DNA of 26,196 bases from an uncultured Methanosarcinales archaeon (GCA_964353575.1 CAYGWL010000155.1:1-26196), one strand, 5' to 3'. Positions 1 through 7,996 are shown, numbered from the stretch's first letter. The notes: generated by a model not told the origin, from the sequence alone. Numbers and translations: made by a program.

Positions 1-2
1 TG

Positions 3-944
3 AGAAGTTCAAGAAGCAAAGGCTACTCCGAAGACAACATAAAAAAAGAACTGAAAGAACGAGGCTACAACGAGAAAGAAATAAGCCAAGTGCTAAAGCT
101 TGAAGGCACAGACTCCAGAAAAGCCATTTACTTAATCATCCTAATTTCAGCAATAGCTGTGGGGGCCTTACTTCTAACGGGTTTCATACAAAAACAAACA
201 ACACCAGAGATCACTCGCAGTTCCCAAGATATATTAGCAGAAGTGATTAGTTTCCAAACACCGAAGACATGGTCAGAAGAAGAAAAAACCCAACTATTGG
301 AAGAACTCGAAATATCCTTTAACGAACAATGCTCAGACATAAGTTCTCTCCCATCAGAAACATGCTTCCCCTTTGTCATTTATAGCTATATAACAACAAA
401 GTTGAAACTGGGGACTCTATCAGAAGATGTTAACACAAGTTTATCATATAAAGTTCTAAATATGTGGGAAGATTATTACAAAGGAGTAGAATTTAATAAG
501 GAAGGTTTTGTGATTGAAGAAACCATTACACCTCAAAACTCCATTATCCAATATTACTACTTCATGACTCTGATGCCCAACGAAGAGAAAGACTTCTGGT
601 TTGAAAAAATCTCAGGAGTCTCACCAACAGACATCACAAGAAGGTATCATCTATTAAGGATTTATTGGTATTATTATAACGCAACCAGAGTATCACAAAT
701 CCCAGAGAGTGTAATCAACCAAGAAACTGAAGAAAATCTCTGCTATAACGACTTCTCCATAAAAGAAGATTGGAATGCTTGTGAAATTCTATGTTATTTC
801 AGCATAAAAGACTTCTGCGAAATAGAAATTACGGACCAAGAAAAAGATATAGCCCAACAGAAAACAGAAGTAGAAACGCAAGACCCAGCCTTGCAAGACT
901 GCAAAATCGGACTTCAAAACCTTATCAACACACAATTTTCTTAA
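3..944 (+). CDS. Single-pass membrane protein with Cys-conserved extracellular domain (paralog A1); 5' end truncated by window edge
   Basis: The frame is open from base 3 (RSSRSKGYSEDNIKKELKERGYNEKEISQVLKL...), upstream of the ORF-track start at 90. It aligns with the N-terminus of 8546..9514 (KGYSKDNIKNTLRERGYNEREISEVLKL). A TM segment (AIYLIILISAIAVGALLLTGFI) is followed by shared blocks TCFPFVIYSY, FNKEGF, NSIxQYYYF, FWFEK, RYHLL. Confidence 0.85.
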   Translation, partial: RSSRSKGYSEDNIKKELKERGYNEKEISQVLKLEGTDSRKAIYLIILISAIAVGALLLTGFIQKQTTPEITRSSQDILAEVISFQTPKTWSEEEKTQLLEELEISFNEQCSDISSLPSETCFPFVIYSYITTKLKLGTLSEDVNTSLSYKVLNMWEDYYKGVEFNKEGFVIEETITPQNSIIQYYYFMTLMPNEEKDFWFEKISGVSPTDITRRYHLLRIYWYYYNATRVSQIPESVINQETEENLCYNDFSIKEDWNACEILCYFSIKDFCEIEITDQEKDIAQQKTEVETQDPALQDCKIGLQNLINTQFS

Positions 945-960
945 AACTTAAAAACATTCT

Positions 961-2082
961 TCAAAAACAAACAGGAGTATTCGGAACACTCCACAAACTA
1001 AGAGAAGGATCTGCATTAAAAGGATCAATAACAACAGGATTATCCGGGAATCCTTCTTGGACCTCAAAATGTATGTGCTGAGATCCACTCTCTATTGGGT
1101 AAAGAGATTGAATTGAACGTCCTATCAAATCTCCTTTAACAACCTTTTGTTCTGGCATAACTGAAGTTTCCTGCAAATGCCCATAAAAAAAAGTTCTTTT
1201 ACCAGACTGAATAACAACCATCCAATCATTAGGAAAGTATTCGCCAGAGGTACGATGAACTTGAACCACTGCATAAACAGTACCTGAAACATTTGCAATG
1301 ATGTTAACATCACTATTAAAAACGAAGTCTGTTCCTTTATGATTATTATAAAGATGCTCATTGTTCCATGTTCGAACACCTTCACTAGGATCTAAATCAA
1401 CATAATTCATAACCTCAGGCAAACCATCAACCAAAGGCACATTACCCATATCTTCACACTTTACAAAGAAAGGAATTAGACCAGCAGACAAACCAACATT
1501 CTGAACAAGATCACGATTCACTGTTACTGTTTGAGTTGTAGTTCTTAGATCTATAGTGTTCTCCAAAGATTGATTATAAAAGGGAAAACTGCCATAAGAC
1601 ACCGAAAGACCGTGCTTACCAGCAGAGATGTTGCTAAAATAAGCATTACCATCCGCATCACTAACCGCACACAGACTATCTAAACAAATCTGAAGACTCA
1701 AAGCAGGTTCAGTAGCACTCCTAACACTATTAGTATTCCTATCATTAAAAACATTAAAAGCAACATCATACCTAGGAACAGGCGTAGGACTAGGACTTGG
1801 AGTAGGAGAAGGCGTAGGACTAAAAGTAGCAGTAGGAACAGGACTATTAGTAACAGTAGGACTCGGCTCCAAAGTAAAAGTAGGACTTGGCTGGACAGTC
1901 TCCTCCAAAGTAGGAATAGGAGTCGGAGAATAAACAGCAGTAGGCGTATTGGTAGGATAATCAGGGCTATTATGAGTAGGCGTAGCATTAGGAGTAGGAG
2001 TTGCTTGGCAAGCATACAACAAAGTACTACCTGCAACCAAAAACGCCAAACACAAATTCCTCACCTTATGCGAAAGACCCAT
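961..2082 (-). CDS. Secreted/lipoprotein-like M23-family metallopeptidase with Pro/Thr linker and SdrD-B/Cna-like domain
   Basis: Start moved to the ATG at 2082 (MGLSHKVR), about 24 nt below a TATA box. It has a signal peptide ending LLYAC (lipobox-like), a TP/SP-rich linker, an SdrD-B-like segment (VFNDRNTNSVR...SDADGNAYFSNISAG), and the M23 zinc motifs HKGTD, YGHL and HIH. Confidence 0.85.
   Translation of the reverse strand: MGLSHKVRNLCLAFLVAGSTLLYACQATPTPNATPTHNSPDYPTNTPTAVYSPTPIPTLEETVQPSPTFTLEPSPTVTNSPVPTATFSPTPSPTPSPSPTPVPRYDVAFNVFNDRNTNSVRSATEPALSLQICLDSLCAVSDADGNAYFSNISAGKHGLSVSYGSFPFYNQSLENTIDLRTTTQTVTVNRDLVQNVGLSAGLIPFFVKCEDMGNVPLVDGLPEVMNYVDLDPSEGVRTWNNEHLYNNHKGTDFVFNSDVNIIANVSGTVYAVVQVHRTSGEYFPNDWMVVIQSGKRTFFYGHLQETSVMPEQKVVKGDLIGRSIQSLYPIESGSQHIHFEVQEGFPDNPVVIDPFNADPSLSLWSVPNTPVCF
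1774..2004 (-). repeat. Pro/Thr/Ser-rich low-complexity linker (TPTP/SPTP repeats) within the M23 gene; boundaries approximate
   Basis: Translation TPTPNATPT...SPTPSPTPSPSPTPVP; repeated gtagga/aggact units on the + strand. Confidence 0.85.
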
Positions 2083-2105
2083 AACACCAAGAAAATAAAA
2101 CACCG

Positions 2106-2150
2106 ATATATAAACCTTTCGGTTTTGTAACTACAGAGGTGTGACAAAAA
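2106..2150 (-). promoter_or_regulatory. BRE/TATA promoter plus conserved upstream block, copy 1 of a 45-bp repeat
   Basis: Minus strand reads ...CCGAAAGGTTTATATAT (BRE+TATA-like), about 24 nt above the ATG at 2082. It is 41/45 identical to 10656..10700. Confidence 0.85.
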
Positions 2151-2230
2151 TATCAATGCAAGGTACAGACTCTAAAATTCTTAACAAGCTACATTTATGT
2201 ACCTTTTGGTATAAAATTATCCCCCTCTCA

Positions 2231-2270
2231 ATATATAAATGTTTCTAAAATAATCGAAACATTTAAATAT
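2231..2270. promoter_or_regulatory. Back-to-back BRE/TATA-like elements forming a 17-bp inverted repeat
   Basis: 2231-2247 ATATATAAATGTTTCTA and 2254-2270 TCGAAACATTTAAATAT are reverse complements at 15/17 positions. Each reads GAAACATTTA(T/A)ATAT outward. Confidence 0.6.
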
Positions 2271-2275
2271 CAGAA

Positions 2276-2295
2276 GTAATTACTATAGTAATTAC
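2276..2295. promoter_or_regulatory. Perfect 20-bp palindrome, candidate operator
   Basis: GTAATTACTATAGTAATTAC is its own reverse complement. It lies between the TATA-like box (2255-2269) and the SD (GAGGGGGTG) of the AbrB-like gene. Confidence 0.65.
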
Positions 2296-2314
2296 ATAAG
2301 AGGGGGTGTTGAAG

Positions 2315-2809
2315 ATGGAAACAAAAAATATATATTATTCAACCAAGATAATAAAACAAGGAAATTCTGCATGCATTAGGATTCCCAGTGGTGTGCTCAA
2401 CTATTTGGACTTGGATGTAGGAGACGTTGCCAGTATAAGTATTAAAAGACCTGAAATAATCAATTTGCCAAAAGATCTCTTAGACATATACCGGAAACAC
2501 ATGAGATCCATATCTAAATTCACAGACAAGGAAATGAGCTTGTGTTTCCACTACTTTCAGTTGGAAGGCAATCTGTTAGGGAACATTGACAAGAATATGT
2601 CAGAGAAAGCCAAAGAAATCTTTGAGAGAGCAATAGCAGTGGATAAAGGAAACAAGTTCCTTAAGAGATACCAAGCTTTTAAAAGAGTTATGATAAACTT
2701 GAAAAACCAGAAGAAGGTGATTAAGGCCTTTGAAAAGACCAAATACGGACCAAACTTCAAAAAAGGCCTGGAAATCTCAGGAGCATATGATATATTTTTC
2801 CCTAAATAA
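2315..2809 (+). CDS. AbrB/MazE/SpoVT-family DNA-binding domain protein with helical C-terminal extension
   Basis: N-terminal TKIIKQGNSACIRIPSGVLNYLDLDVGDVASISIK fits the swapped-hairpin AbrB/MazE pattern. The ATG at 2315 follows an SD-like GAGGGGGTG. Confidence 0.8.
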   Translation: METKNIYYSTKIIKQGNSACIRIPSGVLNYLDLDVGDVASISIKRPEIINLPKDLLDIYRKHMRSISKFTDKEMSLCFHYFQLEGNLLGNIDKNMSEKAKEIFERAIAVDKGNKFLKRYQAFKRVMINLKNQKKVIKAFEKTKYGPNFKKGLEISGAYDIFFPK

Positions 2810-3021
2810 ACTTAGGCATTACCAGTTTGACAGGAATCTAAGAAGGTGAATTATTAAGGTTATCTAAAGTGCGAAATTCCAGCATCAATTACCTTCTTTT
2901 TAATGAATAAACGAAAGTTATGTATATTAGTAACCTTCGTTTACTCTATAATTATAGGTATGTACTTAAAAGTTTACCCAAAAAGGTTCAGGAAGAAAGT
3001 TCTGGAGCATCTCAAATAAAA

Positions 3022-3155
3022 GGCTCTGTCCTAAATCTCTTTGTCAACGCTTTGCCCTCCGGGTTTTCTTCTCCTCCCCTTAACTCTGTATGGGGAGGAG
3101 AAGAAAAGTTCACGTAAGTGAACCAAAGCGTTGATGTGACTTTTAGGACAGGGTC
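3022..3155 (+). ncRNA. Candidate structured non-coding RNA (nested stems with multiway junction); family unknown
   Basis: Stems: 3022-3035/3142-3155 (14 bp, 2 G-U), 3044-3054/3124-3134 (11 bp perfect), 3064-3079/3092-3107 (16 bp perfect) and 3108-3113/3118-3123 closing a GUAA (GNRA) loop. G-U pairs and the GNRA loop favour the + strand. Confidence 0.5.
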
Positions 3156-3163
3156 CAAGTAAA

Positions 3164-3182
3164 AAGCAAACCTTTAAAATAG
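3164..3182 (+). promoter_or_regulatory. BRE/TATA-like promoter of the A24 peptidase gene (leaderless start)
   Basis: AAGCAAACCTTTAAAATAG lies about 23-30 nt upstream of the ATG at 3204, which has no SD. Confidence 0.55.
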
Positions 3183-3203
3183 TTAAGCCTCTTTTTTGCT
3201 GTT

Positions 3204-4334
3204 ATGCTCTGGGTGATAGATGCCTTGTCAGTATTGCTTGTTGTAGTTCTTGGCATTGTAACCAGCTATGAGGACGTAAAATACAGCAGGATAAGGAACA
3301 AATGGGTTGTCATGGCAATAATTGCAGGATTTGTTCTTTTGGCATTAAGATTTATTATTATAATGGTTACTGGCACTGGGGTAAATATAAAATACTTCAC
3401 AGAATTCTTCCTGAACTTTTTTATAGTGTTTGTTGTTGGTGTTTTGCTGTGGGAGATGAAGCTTTGGAATCCTGCTGATGCAAAGCTCTTCCTGGCTTAT
3501 GCTGCATTGATGCCCTTGTCAGTTTATGAGTGGGGCTATGTTAACCATTTTCCATCAGCTCTTCTCCTGATTAACACCTTTATTCCGTGCTTTGTTTTTT
3601 ACACTGCTCTTCTCATAATTAAAACAAGCGCCAAAGAAAAGCTTGGCGTGATGAAAGAGGTTCTTCAGCCAAAGAGCCTGCTTAGCTTTTTTGTGTTTGT
3701 GTTCGCCTTTGAGTGGCTCATCAAACTGGTCTTTGGTTTTTTGAAAGTAAAGCCGCAATTTTTGGTTACAACCCTTATGCTCTTTGTTCCCCTGCTCTTT
3801 TTTGAAAAAGTCCTGAAAATTGACAGCTTCAAATTTGCCCTTGCAATCACACTTATGAGATTTATATTTGACTTCAAAAACATCCTGAGTGTGGCAACAT
3901 TGCTGGATATTCTAAAGACATTCGTGACATTTTTCATACTAAGGTATTTCCTGCTTAACCTGAGCTCAAGATTCTTTGCCATGCCTGTCAAAATCAAGGA
4001 ACTTAAGCCAGGCATGATGCTCACAGAAGATTTCTATAAGGAAAAGGGTGAGATTAAGAAGAGAAAGGGCTTCATGCCAATAAGCTATCTCTCAGGAGTT
4101 TTCCAGATGGCGAGAAGAAAGGATAATGTTGTAAGCGCCTCAGAAACCTTGACAAAAGAAGATATTGAAAAGATTAAGAAACTGCATGCCTCGGGAAAGA
4201 TAAAGGAAAGAGCAGTGTATATCTATCAGACTGTTCCATTTGCTCCTTTCCTATTTCTTGGGGTTTTGCTCACACTGATTTTCAGAGGCAACTTCATTAT
4301 AGGATTAAAGATTCTCATAGAAAGCTTTATATAA
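3204..4334 (+). CDS. A24-family (prepilin/preflagellin peptidase-like) intramembrane aspartic peptidase
   Basis: Polytopic membrane protein with first Asp motif SYEDVKYSRIRNKW, second Asp motif WNPADAKLFLA (GxGD variant) and C-terminal VPFAPFLFLG, which is typical of FlaK/PibD-like A24 proteins. Confidence 0.85.
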   Translation: MLWVIDALSVLLVVVLGIVTSYEDVKYSRIRNKWVVMAIIAGFVLLALRFIIIMVTGTGVNIKYFTEFFLNFFIVFVVGVLLWEMKLWNPADAKLFLAYAALMPLSVYEWGYVNHFPSALLLINTFIPCFVFYTALLIIKTSAKEKLGVMKEVLQPKSLLSFFVFVFAFEWLIKLVFGFLKVKPQFLVTTLMLFVPLLFFEKVLKIDSFKFALAITLMRFIFDFKNILSVATLLDILKTFVTFFILRYFLLNLSSRFFAMPVKIKELKPGMMLTEDFYKEKGEIKKRKGFMPISYLSGVFQMARRKDNVVSASETLTKEDIEKIKKLHASGKIKERAVYIYQTVPFAPFLFLGVLLTLIFRGNFIIGLKILIESFI

Positions 4335-4368
4335 ATCAGATTTATACGTTTTATGGAGGGTGGTTTGT

Positions 4369-4770
4369 ATGGATGAAAAAAAGGATGTGAAGGTAATCGG
4401 CAACTTGGAAATAAATAATAATGAAGGGCTTCTTGTTGTTTCTGTTAACCCAAAGATCTACCCATTAAACATAGTCTACTCTGCCTCCTATGTCTTTATT
4501 GACAAGGCATTTGTGGTTATTGACGGCGACCCTAAGGAAGAAATCTTGGTTGAATTAAGACCAAAGGACAAGAGCCAGGACTTGGAGGAGATGGGACGCG
4601 ATTTCAACAACGAGCTCCTGAGCTATGCAGTTTACGAAGCCCAGAGTTTGAAGAATGCTCCAATAAGGGAAGCCATTGTCAAAAGGGCAATGATGATTGG
4701 TGAGGCTGCTGAAGAACCTGAAAAAGAGATTGGTGAGATTAGTAAAAAACATGAAAAAGATAAAAATTGA
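4369..4770 (+). CDS. hxsD: His-Xaa-Ser system protein HxsD-like (copy 1)
   Basis: Pattern VNPKIYPLNIVYSASYVF...DFNNELLSY...IREAIVKRA resembles HxsD, and it lies directly upstream of HxsB. The ATG at 4369 follows SD GGAGGGTG. A TATA-like GCTTTATATAAAT at 4324-4336 overlaps the end of the peptidase gene. Confidence 0.75.
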   Translation: MDEKKDVKVIGNLEINNNEGLLVVSVNPKIYPLNIVYSASYVFIDKAFVVIDGDPKEEILVELRPKDKSQDLEEMGRDFNNELLSYAVYEAQSLKNAPIREAIVKRAMMIGEAAEEPEKEIGEISKKHEKDKN

Positions 4771-5002
4771 TAAGCACAATAATGAAGTGAAGCTAATTGT
4801 TGACACAAAGTTCTATGGAAGGGCTGCTGTTCTTGAAGCATCCAAGGACTTTACACAAAGCTGCTGGGTGTTTGTGGATGGGGACATTGATGACGAGCTC
4901 TTTGTAAGCTTGAAGCCGAAATCAGGCAGCATAAATCTTGACACTTTGGGACAGGAGTTTTACAACTACATGCTTGGAATAATGCAAAATGCCCGTTCTT
5001 AA
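4751..5002 (+). CDS. Short HxsD-like protein (copy 2)
   Basis: Start moved to the ATG at 4751 (SD GGTGAG). VDTKFYGRAAVLEASKDF...LFVSLKPK...LGQEFYNYML parallels copy 1 (VNPKIY...ILVELRPK...MGRDFNNELL). It overlaps both neighbours. Confidence 0.7.
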   Translation: MKKIKIDKHNNEVKLIVDTKFYGRAAVLEASKDFTQSCWVFVDGDIDDELFVSLKPKSGSINLDTLGQEFYNYMLGIMQNARS

Positions 5003-6380
5003 GGACTTGAAAGGGTTCATACCCAATACTGTAAGGGTAAGGAAGATTGGCTCAAAGTATTTGCTTACAGATGACTGCGGCAGATGGCATGCCCTGGACA
5101 AAGAAGAGTATTTTTCATTCTTAAAAGCACAAGTGAGTGACGAGCTTTTTGAAAAGCTTGAGAAAAAAGGCATGGTAATCACTGAGCACAACAAAGAAGA
5201 GGTGATACAAAACTGCAGGAACAAGAAACTGCTTCTTTTCCAGGGAACATGTCTGCACATAATTGTTGCAACACTTAGGTGCAACCATAACTGCCTTTAC
5301 TGCCAGGCAAGCTCAAAGCCCATTAATGCAAAGGAAACAGACATGAGCATGGAAACAGCAAAGAAAACAGTGGACTTCATTTTCCAAAGCCCTTCTAAGG
5401 CAATAACAATAGAGTTCCAGGGAGGAGAGCCTTTATTGAATTTTCCTGTTGTAAAGTTTATAATTGATTATGCCAAAGAACTCAACAAAAAGCACAAAAA
5501 GGATTTGCGCTTTTCCATTGTAACAAACCTGAGCTTAATGAGTGACGAAATCCTTGACTTTCTCATAAAAAACAGGATAGGAATATGCACATCTTTGGAT
5601 GGTCCTGAGATTGTCCATAACAAGAACAGGCCTTATAGCCAGGGGAATTCTTTTGAAATAACCAGCACATGGATAAAGAAGATATTATCACAAAAAGGCA
5701 ATATAAGCGCTTTGGTAACAACAACAAGGCATTCCTTCCCTTATTACAAGGAAATAGTTGACACCTACAAAGAGCTTGGCTTGAAAAGGATATGGATAAG
5801 ACCTGTTAACAGGCTGGGAACAGCAGGGAATGCCTGGAAGGCAATCGGTTACACGCCAGAGGAGTTTTTTGAGTTCTGGAAGAAATGCCTTGACTACATA
5901 ATCAGGAACAAGCTGGACATGACAGACATATTCACAGAATATCTGCTAAAGAAAATACTCACAGGATATGACCCATATTATCTTGACTTAATGAGTCCAT
6001 GCGGAGCAGCAATAGGGCAGATGGCTTATAACCATGACGGAGACATTTACAGCTGCGATGAGGCAAGGATGATAAAAGAGGAAATGTTCCTGCTTGGAAA
6101 TGTGCATGAAAGCGCTTACAAAGATATAATGTCCTCAGACCAAGTAAAGGGTCTTGTGAGCGCATCTGTCAATGACTGCCTGCCATGCGATAACTGTGCT
6201 TACAAGCCATACTGCGGTGTGTGCCCTGTGTGCAGCTATGCCATCTACAACAATCTCATACCCAAGCTTCCAAGCGATTTCAGGTGCCGGCTCCATAAAA
6301 AGCAGTTTGACTATGTCTTTGAAAAGCTTATCTTTGACGAGGATTACAAAAAGGTTTTCATGAAGTGGGTGGGTGTTTAA
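4989..6380 (+). CDS. hxsB: His-Xaa-Ser system radical SAM/SPASM maturase HxsB
   Basis: LHIIVATLRCNHNCLYCQAS (CX3CX2C), FIFQSPSKAITIEFQGGEPLLNF, SPCGAAIGQMAYNHDGDIYSCDEARM and SPASM CDNCAYKPYCGVCPVC. There is an N-terminal extension of about 85 aa, a possible precursor-recognition element. Confidence 0.88.
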   Translation: MPVLKDLKGFIPNTVRVRKIGSKYLLTDDCGRWHALDKEEYFSFLKAQVSDELFEKLEKKGMVITEHNKEEVIQNCRNKKLLLFQGTCLHIIVATLRCNHNCLYCQASSKPINAKETDMSMETAKKTVDFIFQSPSKAITIEFQGGEPLLNFPVVKFIIDYAKELNKKHKKDLRFSIVTNLSLMSDEILDFLIKNRIGICTSLDGPEIVHNKNRPYSQGNSFEITSTWIKKILSQKGNISALVTTTRHSFPYYKEIVDTYKELGLKRIWIRPVNRLGTAGNAWKAIGYTPEEFFEFWKKCLDYIIRNKLDMTDIFTEYLLKKILTGYDPYYLDLMSPCGAAIGQMAYNHDGDIYSCDEARMIKEEMFLLGNVHESAYKDIMSSDQVKGLVSASVNDCLPCDNCAYKPYCGVCPVCSYAIYNNLIPKLPSDFRCRLHKKQFDYVFEKLIFDEDYKKVFMKWVGV

Positions 6381-7920
6381 TTTGGAAGTATCAAACATAA
6401 TGATATATGTGACCAATAACTGCAATCTTGCCTGTCCATACTGCTTTGTCAACAAAGACCCCAAAAGGATGAATCTTGAGACAGCAAAGGCATCAATCGA
6501 CTTCCTCATAGGGCAGGCAAAGAAAAACAAGAACCTCAACATAAACTATTTCGGAGGAGAACCATTGCTTGAGTTTGAGCTCATCAAGCAAACAACAGAG
6601 TATGCAAAGGAGCAGGCGAAAAAGAATAATAAAAACATTGGTTTTGGTGTTACAACCAATGCTACCTTGTTCACACAGGAGATTATTGACTATTTCTGGG
6701 ACAATGACTTTGGCATATTGTTCAGCTTTGACGGCGATAAAGAACAAATAGTTAAAGTTAAAGGCATTAAAGCCTATAGCCAAATGATAAATTCTGCAAA
6801 ACTTCTAAGGAAAAAGGGCTTCAGGCTGCATGCAAGGGTTACTGTTTGCCCGGATGACTTGAGAATGGTTGATTCTGTGAAGCACATAACCCAAGTTGGT
6901 TTTGATGGCATGTCCTTGTGCCCAATGTCAGGAACAGATTCCTGGAATCAGGAGCAAGCAGACAAGGCGTTTATGGAGCTGGCTGATTATTACATCCAAA
7001 ACATAGAGAAAATCAAAATGCTCGAGAGCTATGTTGAAAAAGATTTGTTAGTAAGCATGGAGCTGCAAACACCATCTCAAAGCCCTTGCGGTGCTGGAAA
7101 AGGGCTAATGGCAATGACAGTTGATGGAAAAATACTCCCATGCCAGCATCCGGAAACATGGGAAGAAAGCCATGTATTGGGAAATGTTTTTGACAAAAAG
7201 ATAGATGAGGAAAAGAGAAGGCCTTTCCTTGAATACAAAAGGGATGACTTTATTGGTTGCAATGGCTGTATCGCAAGGTCTCACTGCATAGGCGCCTGCC
7301 CAAACCTTAATTATGACACAAGCAAAAACATTCTCAAGCCCTGGGAAGGCGGCTGTGTATGGACAAAGGCAAGATATAAGGCAGTAAAGCACATTTTTGA
7401 TGAGCTTTATGTTAAGCAAAAAAACCTTCCCTTAATCAGACTTGTGCTGAAAAACATGATTGGCTGGACAAATTATCCGAGAGAAAATGTTTTTGATGTG
7501 AATAGGCTTGAAGCTTATGAAAGCATTGAAAATTTGAAATCTATTTCATTCAAAATAAGCGAGCAGGACTTGAATCTGGAAACAGGAAACAGAATAATCC
7601 AGTTCCTGAATAATATCAAGCAGTCAAATAAAGAGTTAAAAATAACAAGACCTTTGCCTCCCTGCCTCTTTGGCTCAAAATCAATGAAAATCTTCAAGGA
7701 GTTCAACATACCGAAGCAGAGCGGAAAGACGCTTGAGAACCTCAAAACCTCGGACTACATAATAGAATCCTGCGACACAGGCAAAGGCTTCACTCCTCAA
7801 ACAAAGAAGCTTAGGGAACTATACCAATACTACATCAAAAATGCTCAACTGCCTCACAAGTGCGAGGACTGCGTATACAGGATAAGAAAAAAGTGTGATT
7901 ATGCCTATTTTGGGCTTTGA
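6373..7920 (+). CDS. Radical SAM/SPASM peptide maturase with additional C-terminal Cys-containing extension
   Basis: CNLACPYC, YFGGEPLL, TTNATL, then SPASM CGAGKG...DGKILPC...CNGCIARSHCIGACP...C. An extension of about 150 aa contains PLPPCLF and CEDCVYRIRKKC. The start could be the TTG at 6382. Confidence 0.88.
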   Translation: MFNLEVSNIMIYVTNNCNLACPYCFVNKDPKRMNLETAKASIDFLIGQAKKNKNLNINYFGGEPLLEFELIKQTTEYAKEQAKKNNKNIGFGVTTNATLFTQEIIDYFWDNDFGILFSFDGDKEQIVKVKGIKAYSQMINSAKLLRKKGFRLHARVTVCPDDLRMVDSVKHITQVGFDGMSLCPMSGTDSWNQEQADKAFMELADYYIQNIEKIKMLESYVEKDLLVSMELQTPSQSPCGAGKGLMAMTVDGKILPCQHPETWEESHVLGNVFDKKIDEEKRRPFLEYKRDDFIGCNGCIARSHCIGACPNLNYDTSKNILKPWEGGCVWTKARYKAVKHIFDELYVKQKNLPLIRLVLKNMIGWTNYPRENVFDVNRLEAYESIENLKSISFKISEQDLNLETGNRIIQFLNNIKQSNKELKITRPLPPCLFGSKSMKIFKEFNIPKQSGKTLENLKTSDYIIESCDTGKGFTPQTKKLRELYQYYIKNAQLPHKCEDCVYRIRKKCDYAYFGL

Positions 7921-7923
7921 AAA

Positions 7924-7940
7924 GCAAAAGTTTTATAAAC
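7924..7940 (+). promoter_or_regulatory. BRE/TATA-like dedicated promoter of the precursor gene
   Basis: GCAAAAGTTTTATAAAC lies in the 76-nt gap after the second rSAM. An SD-like GAGGT precedes the ATG at 7997. Confidence 0.6.
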
Positions 7941-7996
7941 AAAAATAATTATTATAAGAAGTAAGCTCAAAGGAGTAAAAAAAAGAGGTTATTGTA

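Noticed and set aside
1698-2036. Leu-rich 112-aa alternative-frame ORF in the M23 gene
   Set aside because: It is a frame shadow of the Pro/Thr repeat linker.
2315-2809. Type II toxin-antitoxin pair
   Set aside because: No toxin ORF (PIN, MazF, RelE-like) follows the AbrB/MazE-like gene. The next 390 bp are non-coding.
2920-3117. 65-aa ORF overlapping the structured element
   Set aside because: It has no recognisable motif or SD, and the sequence is better explained by nested perfect stems. It cannot be fully excluded without proteomics.
2980-3180. RNase P RNA or SRP RNA identity for the structured element (GGAAGAAAGTTC and TCAGG...AGCA look-alikes near 2985-3010)
   Set aside because: There is no matching CR-V/P4 partner or P15 region for RNase P, and no proper helix-8 symmetric loop for SRP. 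The stems are in the wrong arrangement for either.
6373-7920. Annotating the second rSAM as HxsC
   Set aside because: It has a full SPASM Cys set and anaerobic-sulfatase-maturase-like core motifs, and I do not recognise HxsC-specific features. Left unnamed.
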